From an uncultured Actinomycetota bacterium (lineage in GTDB: Bacteria > Actinomycetota > Actinomycetes > Propionibacteriales > Kribbellaceae), in assembly GCA_963770725.1 (NCBI GenBank), contig CAVYQT010000002.1, positions 126,462 to 190,461 of the forward strand: a stretch of 64,000 nucleotides of DNA, in the 5' to 3' direction. How positions within the stretch are numbered: the stretch's first letter is position 1; the number at the start of each line of letters is the position of its first letter. Positions 1 through 9,290 of the stretch are shown piece by piece. The notes under the pieces were generated by a model. The model was given only the letters and a program-made list of their open reading frames with translations, was not told the origin of the DNA and did no database searches. Made by a program: the position numbers and the translations under genes.

Positions 1-1710
1 GAAGACCCAGTTGAACGCGATCGCCGAGAGCCCGACGGTGGCGGCAACGCTGAGCATCACGGTGGCGATGAGCAGCAGCGGACCTGCCAGCGCCCGCAGC
101 AGCACGATCAGCAGCAGCAGGACCACCACCAGCACGAGCGGGATGACTGTTTTGAGGTCTGACCAGCCGGCGTCGATGGTGTCGACGTTGATCGCGGTGG
201 TCCCACCGACAAGGGCGTCGGCGTTGACCGCGTGCACGGCATCTCGAAGTCGGTTGACCGTGTCCTCGGCTGCGGAGCTGTCCGCCGGATCGGACAAGGT
301 GGCCTGCAGCAACACCTGCGCGTCGACCACCTTTGGTGGCCCGGGCGGGTCGCTGTACGGCGTCACCTCGTCCACCCCGCGGACGCCCTGGGCGGCTTGG
401 GTCAGCTCGGCTTGGGCCGTGGCCGGTCCGACGATGAGCGCCGGGGCACCGGCACCGGCCGGATAGTGCTGAGCCAGCACAGTAAGGCCGATCACCGAGT
501 CTGGTTTGGCGCCGAGGAACTGCTCGCTTATCGGCGAACCGGACGCTTTGAAGGTCGGCAGGAACGCGGCCAGAGCGATGAGGACCACCGTCGTGCCGAC
601 CCAGACCACCCGCGGGCGGTGGGCAACAGCCCGCGCGGCCCGGCCCCAGATGCCGCGGTCCAGCTTGTGCGCCGACCCGTACTTCGGGCGGACCGGCCAG
701 AAGGCCGCCCGGCCGAGCAGCGCGAGCACCGCCGGCAGGAACGTGAACGTCGCCAGGAGCGAGGCGCAGATTCCCAGCGCGAGGACCGGCCCGTAGCCGC
801 GGTTGGAGCTCAGGTTGGACAGCAGGAGGCACATCATGGCGAGGATCACGGTGATGCCCGAGGCAACGATCGTCGGCGCCGACCGGCGCACCGCCACCCG
901 CAGCGCCTCGTAGCTCGACTCGCGGTCGCGCAACTCCTCGCGGTACCGGCCGACGACCAGCAACGCATAGTCGGTGGCAGTGCCGATACAGATCAGGACC
1001 AGCGCGCCCTGGCTCTGCCCATTGAGGTTGATGACGTCGTCGCGGGCCAGGACGTAGACCGCGACCGACGCGAGTATCTGTGCCAGCTGGGCGGTCAGCA
1101 GCACCACAACGGGCAGGATGATGCTGCGGTAGACCAGTACCAGGATGATGAACACCGCAATCAGCGCGATGACCAGCAGCCGCACCTCGGCACCTTCGAA
1201 GATGCCGGCGAAGTCGCCGGCCGTGCCGCCTGGTCCGGTGACGTGGGCTGTGAGCCCATCGTGACCTTGCGCCCGCTCGCGAATCTCCTTCACCGCGGCG
1301 GGTAGCACGGTGGCATCGCCCGTGGTCGACAGCGGCACCACGATCTGGAGCGCCCGACCGTCGGTCGATTGGATCGGGCCGGCCACCGGGCCGGCGACGC
1401 CGTCCAGCGATTGGATGAACTGGATGTCGCCGGCGACCGCCGACCGGTCGGCGCCGGTAACCCCTGCCTCGCGGACGTAGCCCACCACGGCCGGCATCTG
1501 TTCGGCGCCGAAGAAGTCGGGCTCGATCTCGGCCACCCGGGTCGCCTCGGCCTCGGCCGGCAGAAACGCGGCATTGTCGTTCTTGACCACCTCACCCAGC
1601 ATCCCGGCGTAGCTGCCGCCGGCGCCCAGGAACACAACCCACCCGACGATCAACAGCACCGGGACCAGCCACCGCCCGCGGCGGCGGTTGGGGTTGCCGG
1701 CCGCTGTCAC
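1..1710 (-). CDS. MMPL family (RND-like) transporter, 3' end runs off window
   Basis: Manual translation from GTG at 1710 (VTAAGNPNRRRGRWLVPVLLIVGWVVFLGAGG...NDNAAFLP), many TM helices, open to position 1. Confidence 0.85.
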   Translation of the reverse strand, partial: MTAAGNPNRRRGRWLVPVLLIVGWVVFLGAGGSYAGMLGEVVKNDNAAFLPAEAEATRVAEIEPDFFGAEQMPAVVGYVREAGVTGADRSAVAGDIQFIQSLDGVAGPVAGPIQSTDGRALQIVVPLSTTGDATVLPAAVKEIRERAQGHDGLTAHVTGPGGTAGDFAGIFEGAEVRLLVIALIAVFIILVLVYRSIILPVVVLLTAQLAQILASVAVYVLARDDVINLNGQSQGALVLICIGTATDYALLVVGRYREELRDRESSYEALRVAVRRSAPTIVASGITVILAMMCLLLSNLSSNRGYGPVLALGICASLLATFTFLPAVLALLGRAAFWPVRPKYGSAHKLDRGIWGRAARAVAHRPRVVWVGTTVVLIALAAFLPTFKASGSPISEQFLGAKPDSVIGLTVLAQHYPAGAGAPALIVGPATAQAELTQAAQGVRGVDEVTPYSDPPGPPKVVDAQVLLQATLSDPADSSAAEDTVNRLRDAVHAVNADALVGGTTAINVDTIDAGWSDLKTVIPLVLVVVLLLLIVLLRALAGPLLLIATVMLSVAATVGLSAIAFNWVF

Positions 1711-1936
1711 GACACGCACCCCCAAGGAACGGGCGTGCGGAAGACGAAGACGAGGCTGGCGAGGGTCAATTTGCAATACATCGTTTGCTCCGATTCGGAT
1801 CGCACGGTGGCGAACCGAACTGGAAACGTACTGCCGGACTATCGTTGCAGTTGCCACCTTGCGGCCCGGAGTCCGTTCACGGTTCGGTTCGAGGGTGTCC
1901 CCGGCGTGGTGCTCCAACACCGCGCCGGGGGTCTTA

Positions 1937-2587
1937 CTACTCGTCCGGGTCGGTACCCCTCTCCGCCAGCTCCGCCATCTCGACCGACACCGCGCCGGTG
2001 CGGTGGAACTCCCGCCACGAAACGAGGCCTGGCAGCGAACCGTCGGTGATCTCTCCCAGCAGCCCTCGGACCCATTGGGCTTCGGCCGTCCAGATCGCCA
2101 ACTCGTACTCGGACTCGACCAGGAACAGCCGGGGTACCTCTGCGGCGTGCCTGGTCAGATCCGCGCCGGCTGCGGCGATCTGATCCTCCAGTGCGCGGAT
2201 CCGCCCCTGGAGCAGGTCGACAGCCTCATCCGGGGACAGCACACCGAGCATGGACAGTCCGGCCTTGAACCTGAGCTCCTCCCGTTCGGGCACGCCGACC
2301 AGCTCACGCACCCAGTCCACCAACTCGGCTCGCCCCGCCTCGGTGATCCGGTACACCGTGCGCTCCGGCCGTCCCCCGCGCCGCTCACTGTGGACCGCGG
2401 CCACGAATCCGTGCTTGTCCAGGTTCTGCACGACGCGATACAGCGATCCCCACCTGATCGTCAGGTCCTGGTCCTTGCTCCGTGCCCGGAGCACCGAGGC
2501 GATCTCGTAGGGATGCATGGGCTTGGTCACGACGGTCCCCAGCACCGCCAATCCCATCAGGTTGGCTACCTTGCGCCGCTTGGCCAT
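1937..2587 (-). CDS. PadR family transcriptional regulator
   Basis: MHPYEI...GSLYRVVQNL...RPERTVYRITEAG winged-helix signature. Confidence 0.9.
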   Translation of the reverse strand: MAKRRKVANLMGLAVLGTVVTKPMHPYEIASVLRARSKDQDLTIRWGSLYRVVQNLDKHGFVAAVHSERRGGRPERTVYRITEAGRAELVDWVRELVGVPEREELRFKAGLSMLGVLSPDEAVDLLQGRIRALEDQIAAAGADLTRHAAEVPRLFLVESEYELAIWTAEAQWVRGLLGEITDGSLPGLVSWREFHRTGAVSVEMAELAERGTDPDE

Positions 2588-2824
2588 CGACCCACCCCCA
2601 TTCGCATGCGAGTATACGCATCGGAGTATCCCCATAGCTAGGCCCGTCGATGGCCGTTTGCCGGCCACTCAGCTTGTCGGTGTCTGGTGGCCGACGTACT
2701 GCAGGAATCGGCTCGGTGCCTCGGGCACCTGGACGTCGTCCGCGAGTTGATCGACGGTGCTCGCGGGAAATGATCTGTCACGGGATCGTCTGGCAGCGGA
2801 TAATCCCGCGCTATCCTGCGAAGT

Positions 2825-3307
2825 ATGGCGAAAACCCCACCTCGGACGGTCCCCGACCTCACCGGTTATCTCACCCACGCCGGTCATGTCCTCGAGACCC
2901 AGCTGTCCGCCGCGCTGGCGGAGGTCGGGCTGACCCTGCGGATGCAGTGCGTCCTGCGGCACGCGCTCGAGGCGGAGCGGACCCAGATCCAGATCGCCGA
3001 GCTGGCGTACATGGACAAGACCACCATGGTCGTCACCGTCGACGCCCTCGAGAAGGCCGGGTACGCCGAACGCAAACCGTCGGCGACCGACCGCCGGGCC
3101 CGGATCATCGCGGTCACCGACGCCGGCGCCGCGATCGCTCAGGAGGGTCAGCGCATCGTCGACCGGGTCCACGCCGACGCCCTCGAAGCGCTCGCCACCG
3201 CCGACCGCGAACCGTTCGTCGAGGCGCTCCAGGAGCTCGTCGACGGCCACCTGTCCGCCCCGGTCGAGGCTCAGCCGGTACGACGGGCACGCCAGCGCGC
3301 AAGCTGA
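2825..3307 (+). CDS. MarR family transcriptional regulator
   Basis: DKTTMVVTVDALEKAGYAERKPSATDRRARII motif. Confidence 0.9.
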   Translation: MAKTPPRTVPDLTGYLTHAGHVLETQLSAALAEVGLTLRMQCVLRHALEAERTQIQIAELAYMDKTTMVVTVDALEKAGYAERKPSATDRRARIIAVTDAGAAIAQEGQRIVDRVHADALEALATADREPFVEALQELVDGHLSAPVEAQPVRRARQRAS

Positions 3308-3353
3308 TCCACTAAAAGATTGTCTGCTACGGAACTATCTGTTATGGTCGTTC

Positions 3354-4832
3354 TTGTCCCGCTCTGTGCGTTCGACAAGGAGACGACCGGTGCCATCAGA
3401 AACAGCAGTGCCCGTCAGCAGATCCACGAGCGACCGGCCGGCCCGGAGCCGCGCGAAAGCGCTCGCCGTGTTGTGCGTGATGCAGCTGATGATCATCCTC
3501 GACGGCACCGTGGTGACGGTCGCGCTGCCGACCATCCAGGAGGACCTCGGGTTCTCGCAGGCCGGCCTCGCCTGGGTGATGAACTCGTACCTGATCGCCT
3601 TCGCCGGACTCCTGCTGCTGGCCGGCCGGATCGGTGACCTGATCGGCAGCAAGCGGGTCTTCCTGGCCGGCCTCGGCCTGTTCACCGCCGCGTCGCTGCT
3701 GTGCGGTGTCGCCACCAGTGCGGCGGTCCTGATCGCCGGCCGGTTCCTGCAGGGCGTCGGCGGCGCACTGGCCTCCGCGGTCATCCTCGGCATGATCGTC
3801 GGCCTCTACCCGGCTCCCGGTGAGCGGGCCCGAGCGATGGGCGTCTACGGCTTCACCTCGGCCAGCGGTGCGTCCATCGGCCTCATCCTCGGCGGAGTGA
3901 TCACCCAGACCGTCGGCTGGCATTGGGCGTTCCTGATCAACGTTCCTATCGGTGCCGTCTCGCTGGTGCTCGCCGGACGGCTGCTGACGGGGGAACGCGG
4001 TCTGGGTCTCGGCAAGGGCGCTGACGTCCTCGGTGCCGTCCTGGTGACCGCCGGTCTCTCCCTGGGCGTCTACACGATCGTCCAGACGGCCGAGCCCCAC
4101 GCGGAACTGCCGCGCACGCTGGTCCTCGCGGTGATCTCGGTGCTCTTGCTGGCAGCGTTCGTACTGCGTCAGGCGCGCAGCACGAACCCGCTGCTCTCAC
4201 TGCACATCTTCCGGAACCGCCAGGTGAGCGTGTCCAACCTCGTGGTCATCCTGCTCTTCGCGGCCGGTTTCGGCTTCCAGTTCATGACTGCGCTCTACCT
4301 GCAGCGAGTGCTGGGCTATGACTCCCTGACCACCGGCCTGGCCTTCCTCCCGGCACCTCTCATGGGAGCGGTGATGGCCCTGTTCGTCGCCCCGCGGCTG
4401 ATCGTCCGCTTCGGCGGACGCACGATGCTCCTGGCCGGACTGACCGCATTCCTGCTGGCTCTGCTCTGGCTCAGCCAGGCTCCGGTCGATGGCTCGTACG
4501 TCGTCAACGTTGCGCCGGTGCTCACGGTGATGGGTATCGGGGTCGGTATCGGTATCCAGTCCGCCATCCTGCTGGCCATGTCCGGTGCCGCACCGGGCGA
4601 CGCCGGACTCGCCTCCGGCCTCAACAACACCGCACAACAGGCCGGTGCTGCCGTCGGCACCGCCGTACTGGCGACACTGGCCGCATCCACGACGGCGAGT
4701 CGGCTGAGCGAAGGCGCGGACTCCGTACTGGCTCTCCGGGACGGCTACAGTGCGGCCTTCATCGCAGCGGCCGGCTTTGTCGTCGCCGGACTCGTCCTAA
4801 CCGCAGCACTGCTCCGAACGCCGCAGAAGTGA
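3354..4832 (+). CDS. MFS drug:H+ antiporter (DHA2, EmrB/QacA type); start uncertain
   Basis: LDGTVVTVALPTI, GRIGDLIGSKR motif A, about 14 TM segments. Confidence 0.9.
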   Translation: MSRSVRSTRRRPVPSETAVPVSRSTSDRPARSRAKALAVLCVMQLMIILDGTVVTVALPTIQEDLGFSQAGLAWVMNSYLIAFAGLLLLAGRIGDLIGSKRVFLAGLGLFTAASLLCGVATSAAVLIAGRFLQGVGGALASAVILGMIVGLYPAPGERARAMGVYGFTSASGASIGLILGGVITQTVGWHWAFLINVPIGAVSLVLAGRLLTGERGLGLGKGADVLGAVLVTAGLSLGVYTIVQTAEPHAELPRTLVLAVISVLLLAAFVLRQARSTNPLLSLHIFRNRQVSVSNLVVILLFAAGFGFQFMTALYLQRVLGYDSLTTGLAFLPAPLMGAVMALFVAPRLIVRFGGRTMLLAGLTAFLLALLWLSQAPVDGSYVVNVAPVLTVMGIGVGIGIQSAILLAMSGAAPGDAGLASGLNNTAQQAGAAVGTAVLATLAASTTASRLSEGADSVLALRDGYSAAFIAAAGFVVAGLVLTAALLRTPQK

Positions 4833-4881
4833 CAGCAGCGGTCGGTCCGGACCGTGGGATTGCCGGTAACGGCCACTGCGC

Positions 4882-5664
4882 CTACGCCTTTGGTCTAGGC
4901 CTTCTCCGCAACAAGTACGTGTCCATGATCCAGCCTTTGCAGTCGCGGGCTTCGGCGCGGACCTTCTCGATCTCGCCCGCCACCTCACGCAGCGGACCCG
5001 AGATCAGGATCTCGTCGGGTGTCCCGAGGTACGCACCCCAGTAGATCTCGGCATCCTGGTCGAGGTGCTCGGTGAACGCCGTCTGACCGTCGAGCATCAC
5101 GACCACGTCGTCCACGTCCTCCGGCCATGCCTTCGCCAGCCGCCGCCCGGTGGTGATCTGGATCGGCCGGCCGACCTGGTTCAGCCCGACCCGGTGCCGC
5201 GCCGCCAGCGTCGACACGCTGCTGATTCCCGGGATCACCTCGACCTCGAACGCCAGTTCACCCCGCGCCAGGATGTCGTCCAGGATCGCCAGCGTGCTGT
5301 CGTACAGGGAGGGATCACCCCACACCAGGAACGCACCCACCTGATCCTCGCCGAGTTCCGACGCGATCAGGTCCGCACACACATCGGCTCGGCGGCGCCG
5401 CCAGTCGTCGACGGCTTCGACGTACGCACTGGTGGTCCGGTCCCGCTCGGGATCACGGCCGACGACGACCCGGAAGTCCTTGTCCCTGCCCTTGCCGCCG
5501 GCGTACCGGCGCAGGATCTCCTCGCGGAGATCGACGAGCTCCTGCTTCACCTCTCCCTTGTCCAGGACGAAGAACACGTCGACCCGGTTCAGCGCCGACA
5601 CGGCCTGCATCGTCACCTGCTCCGGATCGCCCGCGCCGACGCCGATCACCACGATCTCCCGCAT
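4882..5664 (-). CDS. cobF: Precorrin-6A synthase (deacetylating)
   Basis: VIGVGAGDPEQVT, WGDPSLYDST, GWIMDTYLLRR. Confidence 0.9.
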   Translation of the reverse strand: MREIVVIGVGAGDPEQVTMQAVSALNRVDVFFVLDKGEVKQELVDLREEILRRYAGGKGRDKDFRVVVGRDPERDRTTSAYVEAVDDWRRRRADVCADLIASELGEDQVGAFLVWGDPSLYDSTLAILDDILARGELAFEVEVIPGISSVSTLAARHRVGLNQVGRPIQITTGRRLAKAWPEDVDDVVVMLDGQTAFTEHLDQDAEIYWGAYLGTPDEILISGPLREVAGEIEKVRAEARDCKGWIMDTYLLRRRPRPKA

Positions 5665-5691
5665 GCCGCAGACCCTACGTCAGCCGCCGCT

Positions 5692-6045
5692 TCAGACCGT
5701 CAGGAGGAGTACGGCGGCGATGACGGTCCCCACCACGGCCCCGCCGTAACACAACACCACGATCGGTACGTCGTACCGCTTCAGTTGCAGTCCGTCGTAC
5801 AGGGTGAAGCGGAAGCGGTGGGCCCAATGGAAGAGCGCCAGGGTGCACAGCCCGAACAGCACCAGCCGCGTGATCCAGTTCCGCAGTATGGCGAACACGT
5901 GCGAGTGATCCGGCGGTGACAGCAGGTCCAGCGGGAATGCGATGCCGAACAGGAACAGCAGGACCGGCACCATCAGCGCGACGACCATGCCGCCGGAGCT
6001 GAACAACATCCAGAGCAAGGGCTCGGGGGCCGGGCGACGGTTCAT
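5692..6045 (-). CDS. frdD: Fumarate reductase membrane anchor subunit D
   Basis: EPLLWMLFSSGGM...HWAHRFRFTLYDGLQ; ATG at 6045 overlaps frdC stop. Confidence 0.85.
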   Translation of the reverse strand: MNRRPAPEPLLWMLFSSGGMVVALMVPVLLFLFGIAFPLDLLSPPDHSHVFAILRNWITRLVLFGLCTLALFHWAHRFRFTLYDGLQLKRYDVPIVVLCYGGAVVGTVIAAVLLLTV

Positions 6046-6422
6046 CGCAGTACCAGCCAGGCAACGATTGCTGAGAGCAACAACCAGGCCAGGTAGTGCA
6101 CGGCGACGACCTGAGCCGGCGGCAGGCGACGTCCGCGGACCTTGACGACCATCGCCCGCGGTGCCAGACCGAACCACGTGATCGCGTGCAGCAGGATGAA
6201 CAGCATCGCGATCACGTTGATCGCGATCATCCACCACTGCCCACTCCAGTCGAGGAAGTCCTGGTACGACGCGGCGCCGTCGCTCACCGCCTTCACCAAC
6301 AGGAGCAGGTACACCACGAACCACGCGACGAAGACACTGCTCAATTCACGCAGGACGAACAACAGGTAGGAGCGGCGTTCGAGCCACCAGAACAGCGCCA
6401 GCGGTCGCTGGTAGGTGCTCAT
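6042..6422 (-). CDS. frdC: Fumarate reductase membrane anchor subunit C
   Basis: [25 protein letters not shown]; operon position. Confidence 0.85.
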   Translation of the reverse strand: MSTYQRPLALFWWLERRSYLLFVLRELSSVFVAWFVVYLLLLVKAVSDGAASYQDFLDWSGQWWMIAINVIAMLFILLHAITWFGLAPRAMVVKVRGRRLPPAQVVAVHYLAWLLLSAIVAWLVLR

Positions 6423-7162
6423 TTACGACTCCGAGGCATCAAGAGATCTTTGATCGACTGCGTCGCCGCGGTCAGCTTGTACCGCTGGATCGCGCCGGCC
6501 GGATCCACCCCCTTCGGGCATGCCGCGCTGCACTCACCGACGAACGTGCACGCCCAGATCCCCTCCGGCGAGGACAGTACGGCGAGACGCTCGTCGGCAC
6601 CCTCGTCCCGCGAGTCGAGGTTGTACCGCTGGGCCAACGCGATCGCCGCCGGCCCGATGAACTCCGGTTCGAGGCTGTAGACGGGGCAGGCCGAGTAGCA
6701 GAGCATGCAGTTGATACACATGCTGAACTGCTTGTACTCGTCCAGTTCCTCCGGCGTCTGCAGGTACTCGCCCTCCTCGACCGGACTGTGCACCTCGCGG
6801 ATGATCCACGGCTTGACCTTCGGCAGCTTGGTCATGAAGTCGTCGATGTCGATGACCAGGTCGCGGATCACCGGGAAGTTGCGCAGCGGCTCCACCCGCA
6901 CCGGACCGGGTGCGTAGTCGGTCAGGAAGGTCGCGCAACTCAGCTGCGGTTCGCCGTTCACGGTCATTCCGCAACTGCCGCAGATCCCCATCCGGCACGA
7001 CCACCGGAACGACAACGTGCCGTCCAGATGGTCCTTGATGTAGGCCAGTCCGTCGAGAACGGCCCAGTGCTCGCGCAGCGGCACCTGGTAGGACTGCATC
7101 ACCGGTTCGGACTCCAGTTCGGGCCGGTAGCGCGCGACCTCGAGGGTGATCTCGTCTGCCAT
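6419..7162 (-). CDS. frdB: Fumarate reductase iron-sulfur subunit
   Basis: [34 protein letters not shown]. Confidence 0.93.
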   Translation of the reverse strand: MADEITLEVARYRPELESEPVMQSYQVPLREHWAVLDGLAYIKDHLDGTLSFRWSCRMGICGSCGMTVNGEPQLSCATFLTDYAPGPVRVEPLRNFPVIRDLVIDIDDFMTKLPKVKPWIIREVHSPVEEGEYLQTPEELDEYKQFSMCINCMLCYSACPVYSLEPEFIGPAAIALAQRYNLDSRDEGADERLAVLSSPEGIWACTFVGECSAACPKGVDPAGAIQRYKLTAATQSIKDLLMPRSRK

Positions 7163-7164
7163 TC

Positions 7165-8907
7165 CTACCTCCCGTAGACCCGTTCCCCTGGTGGCCAGCG
7201 GGTGATCGTCACCGGCAGGTACGTGATCCGGCTGGTTCCGTCCGGGTCACGTCGTACCAGCGAATGCGCCAGGAAGCGCTCGTCGTCGCGGGCCGGGAAG
7301 TCGACGCGCTGATGGGCGCCGCGCGACTCCTCCCGCAGCAGTGCGCAGGCGATGATGCTCTCGGCAACGTCCAGCATGAACCCGAGCTCGAGCAGCGCGA
7401 TCAGCTCGGTGTTGAAGTTCGTGCTGTGATCGTCGATCGCCGCATGGGTGAACCGCAGCTGCAACTCCTTCAGCTGGTCGGCCGCCTTCGCCAGCGAGTC
7501 GCGGTCCCGGTAGATCCCGGCGCCGTTCTCCATCGTGGTCTGCATCTCGGTGCGGATGTCGGCGATCCGCTCGTGCCCCTCGGCATGCCGACCGAGTTCC
7601 TCCGTCAGCCGTCGTGCCTCGTCCCGCCCCTGCGCCTCGATCGCCTTGGGTACGACGTTCCGGTACCGGCCGGCGAACACGGCCGCGGCCCGGCCGGCCC
7701 GGTTGCCGAAGACGAGGCACTCGGGCAGCGAGTTCGAGCCCAGCCGGTTCGCGCCGTTGATGCTGACGCAGGCGACCTCACCGGCGGCGTACAGACCCTC
7801 GAGGGACGTCTGGCCGCGGATGTCGGTGTGGATGCCGCCCATCATGTAGTGGACGACCGGGCGGACCGGCACGAGTTCCTTGACCGGGTCGATGTTCTGG
7901 TACTTCGAGCACAGCTCCCGGACGAACGGCAGCTTGGCGTCGATCAGCTTCGCACCCAGATGTCGCAGGTCCAGGTTCACGATCGGCCCGTACGGCGTAT
8001 CGATCGTGTTCCCCTTGTCCAGCTCGTGCACGAACGCCTGCGACAACCGGTCCCGCGGCCCGAGTTCCATGCTGCGCAGGACCGGGGTCGGCGACGGCGT
8101 ACCGAGGTCGTAGTCCTGCAGGTAGCGGTAGCCGTCCTTGTTGAGCAGCCAGCCGCCTTCGGCCCGGGCCGCCTCGGTGATGAGGATGCCGGTGAACGGC
8201 AGGCCGGTCGGGTGGTACTGGACGAACTCCATGTCCTTGAGCGCCGCGCCGGCCCGCAAGGCGAGCGCCATCCCGTCGCCGGTCTTGATGTTGGCGTTCG
8301 TGGTGAACGGATAGACCCGGCCGCATCCACCGGTGCACACGATCACCGCGCTGGCCGTGATGGTCTCGATCCGCCCGGTCGACAGTTCGATCGCGACGAC
8401 GCCGTACGCGCGTCCGTCGTCGACCAGGATCTTGGTCACGTACCACTCGTCGTACCGGACGATGTCGGAGTACGAGAGCGCGGTCTGGAACAGCGTGTGC
8501 AGGAGGTGGAACCCGGTCCGGTCGGCGGCGAACCAGGTGCGCATCTTCTTCATCCCGCCGAACGCCCGGACGGCGATCCGGCCGTCCGGGCGGCGGCTCC
8601 ACGGGCAACCCCAGTGCTCGAGCCGGAGCAGTTCGCGCGGCGCCTCGGCCACGAACGCCTCGACCGCGTCCTGATCGGACAACCAGTCGCTGCCGGAGAC
8701 CGTGTCGTACGCGTGCTCGTCCAGCGTGTCGTCGTCCGCGGCAACGGCCGCGGCCCCGCCCTCGGCGGACACGGTGTGACTGCGCATCGGGTAGACCTTC
8801 GAAACGACCGCGACCCGCAACGCCGGGTTGGTCTCGGCCACCGCGATGGCAGCGCGCAGTCCCGCGCCGCCGCCCCCGATCACCACGACGTCGTGAAAAG
8901 TACTCAT
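7165..8907 (-). CDS. frdA: Fumarate reductase flavoprotein subunit
   Basis: GGGGAG FAD motif, [32 protein letters not shown]. Confidence 0.93.
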   Translation of the reverse strand: MSTFHDVVVIGGGGAGLRAAIAVAETNPALRVAVVSKVYPMRSHTVSAEGGAAAVAADDDTLDEHAYDTVSGSDWLSDQDAVEAFVAEAPRELLRLEHWGCPWSRRPDGRIAVRAFGGMKKMRTWFAADRTGFHLLHTLFQTALSYSDIVRYDEWYVTKILVDDGRAYGVVAIELSTGRIETITASAVIVCTGGCGRVYPFTTNANIKTGDGMALALRAGAALKDMEFVQYHPTGLPFTGILITEAARAEGGWLLNKDGYRYLQDYDLGTPSPTPVLRSMELGPRDRLSQAFVHELDKGNTIDTPYGPIVNLDLRHLGAKLIDAKLPFVRELCSKYQNIDPVKELVPVRPVVHYMMGGIHTDIRGQTSLEGLYAAGEVACVSINGANRLGSNSLPECLVFGNRAGRAAAVFAGRYRNVVPKAIEAQGRDEARRLTEELGRHAEGHERIADIRTEMQTTMENGAGIYRDRDSLAKAADQLKELQLRFTHAAIDDHSTNFNTELIALLELGFMLDVAESIIACALLREESRGAHQRVDFPARDDERFLAHSLVRRDPDGTSRITYLPVTITRWPPGERVYGR

Positions 8908-9140
8908 CAGGCCTCGTGGTCGCCGCTGTGCTCGTCCAGGAGAATCTTGCCGTCGTGCCGCACTGTCTGGATCCGCACGCTGCCGTCATGGAACTCGTGC
9001 CGGATCCGCCGGCAGCCGCACGCGTACCGGACGTCGTCCATCCGGAAGCCCTCGAAGTCGTCCTCCTGGCTCCGGTCCGCGTCCCCGGTCCGACCACACG
9101 GCGCCCGCTCCGAGGTCAGGTGCGTCCTGGTCCCGGTCAT
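8907..9140 (-). CDS. Small hypothetical Cys/His-rich protein (77 aa), first gene of frd operon
   Basis: GGAGG RBS upstream of ATG 9140; stop overlaps frdA start (TGATG). Confidence 0.7.
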   Translation of the reverse strand: MTGTRTHLTSERAPCGRTGDADRSQEDDFEGFRMDDVRYACGCRRIRHEFHDGSVRIQTVRHDGKILLDEHSGDHEA

Positions 9141-9169
9141 TGGCCCACCTCCAGACCTCTCCAGATGTT

Positions 9170-9185
9170 TGTGACTCACATCACA
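9170..9185. promoter_or_regulatory. CRP/GlxR-type (also Rex-like) operator upstream of frd operon
   Basis: TGTGActcacaTCACA, perfect TGTGA-N6-TCACA, 30 bp upstream of the first ATG. Confidence 0.7.
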
Positions 9186-9290
9186 CCTAGATAGTGCGCC
9201 AACCAGCCACCCCCGGCAACACCTCGAGCCCCCACCAGGTCTGTCGCCGGAGCGAGCTTGGAGAGGGTGTGGGTGACGGTGTGGGTGGGA

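Noticed and set aside
5665-5691. Cobalamin riboswitch upstream of cobF (or of pduO)
   Set aside because: Intergenic gaps are only 27 and about 50 bp; no B12-box visible
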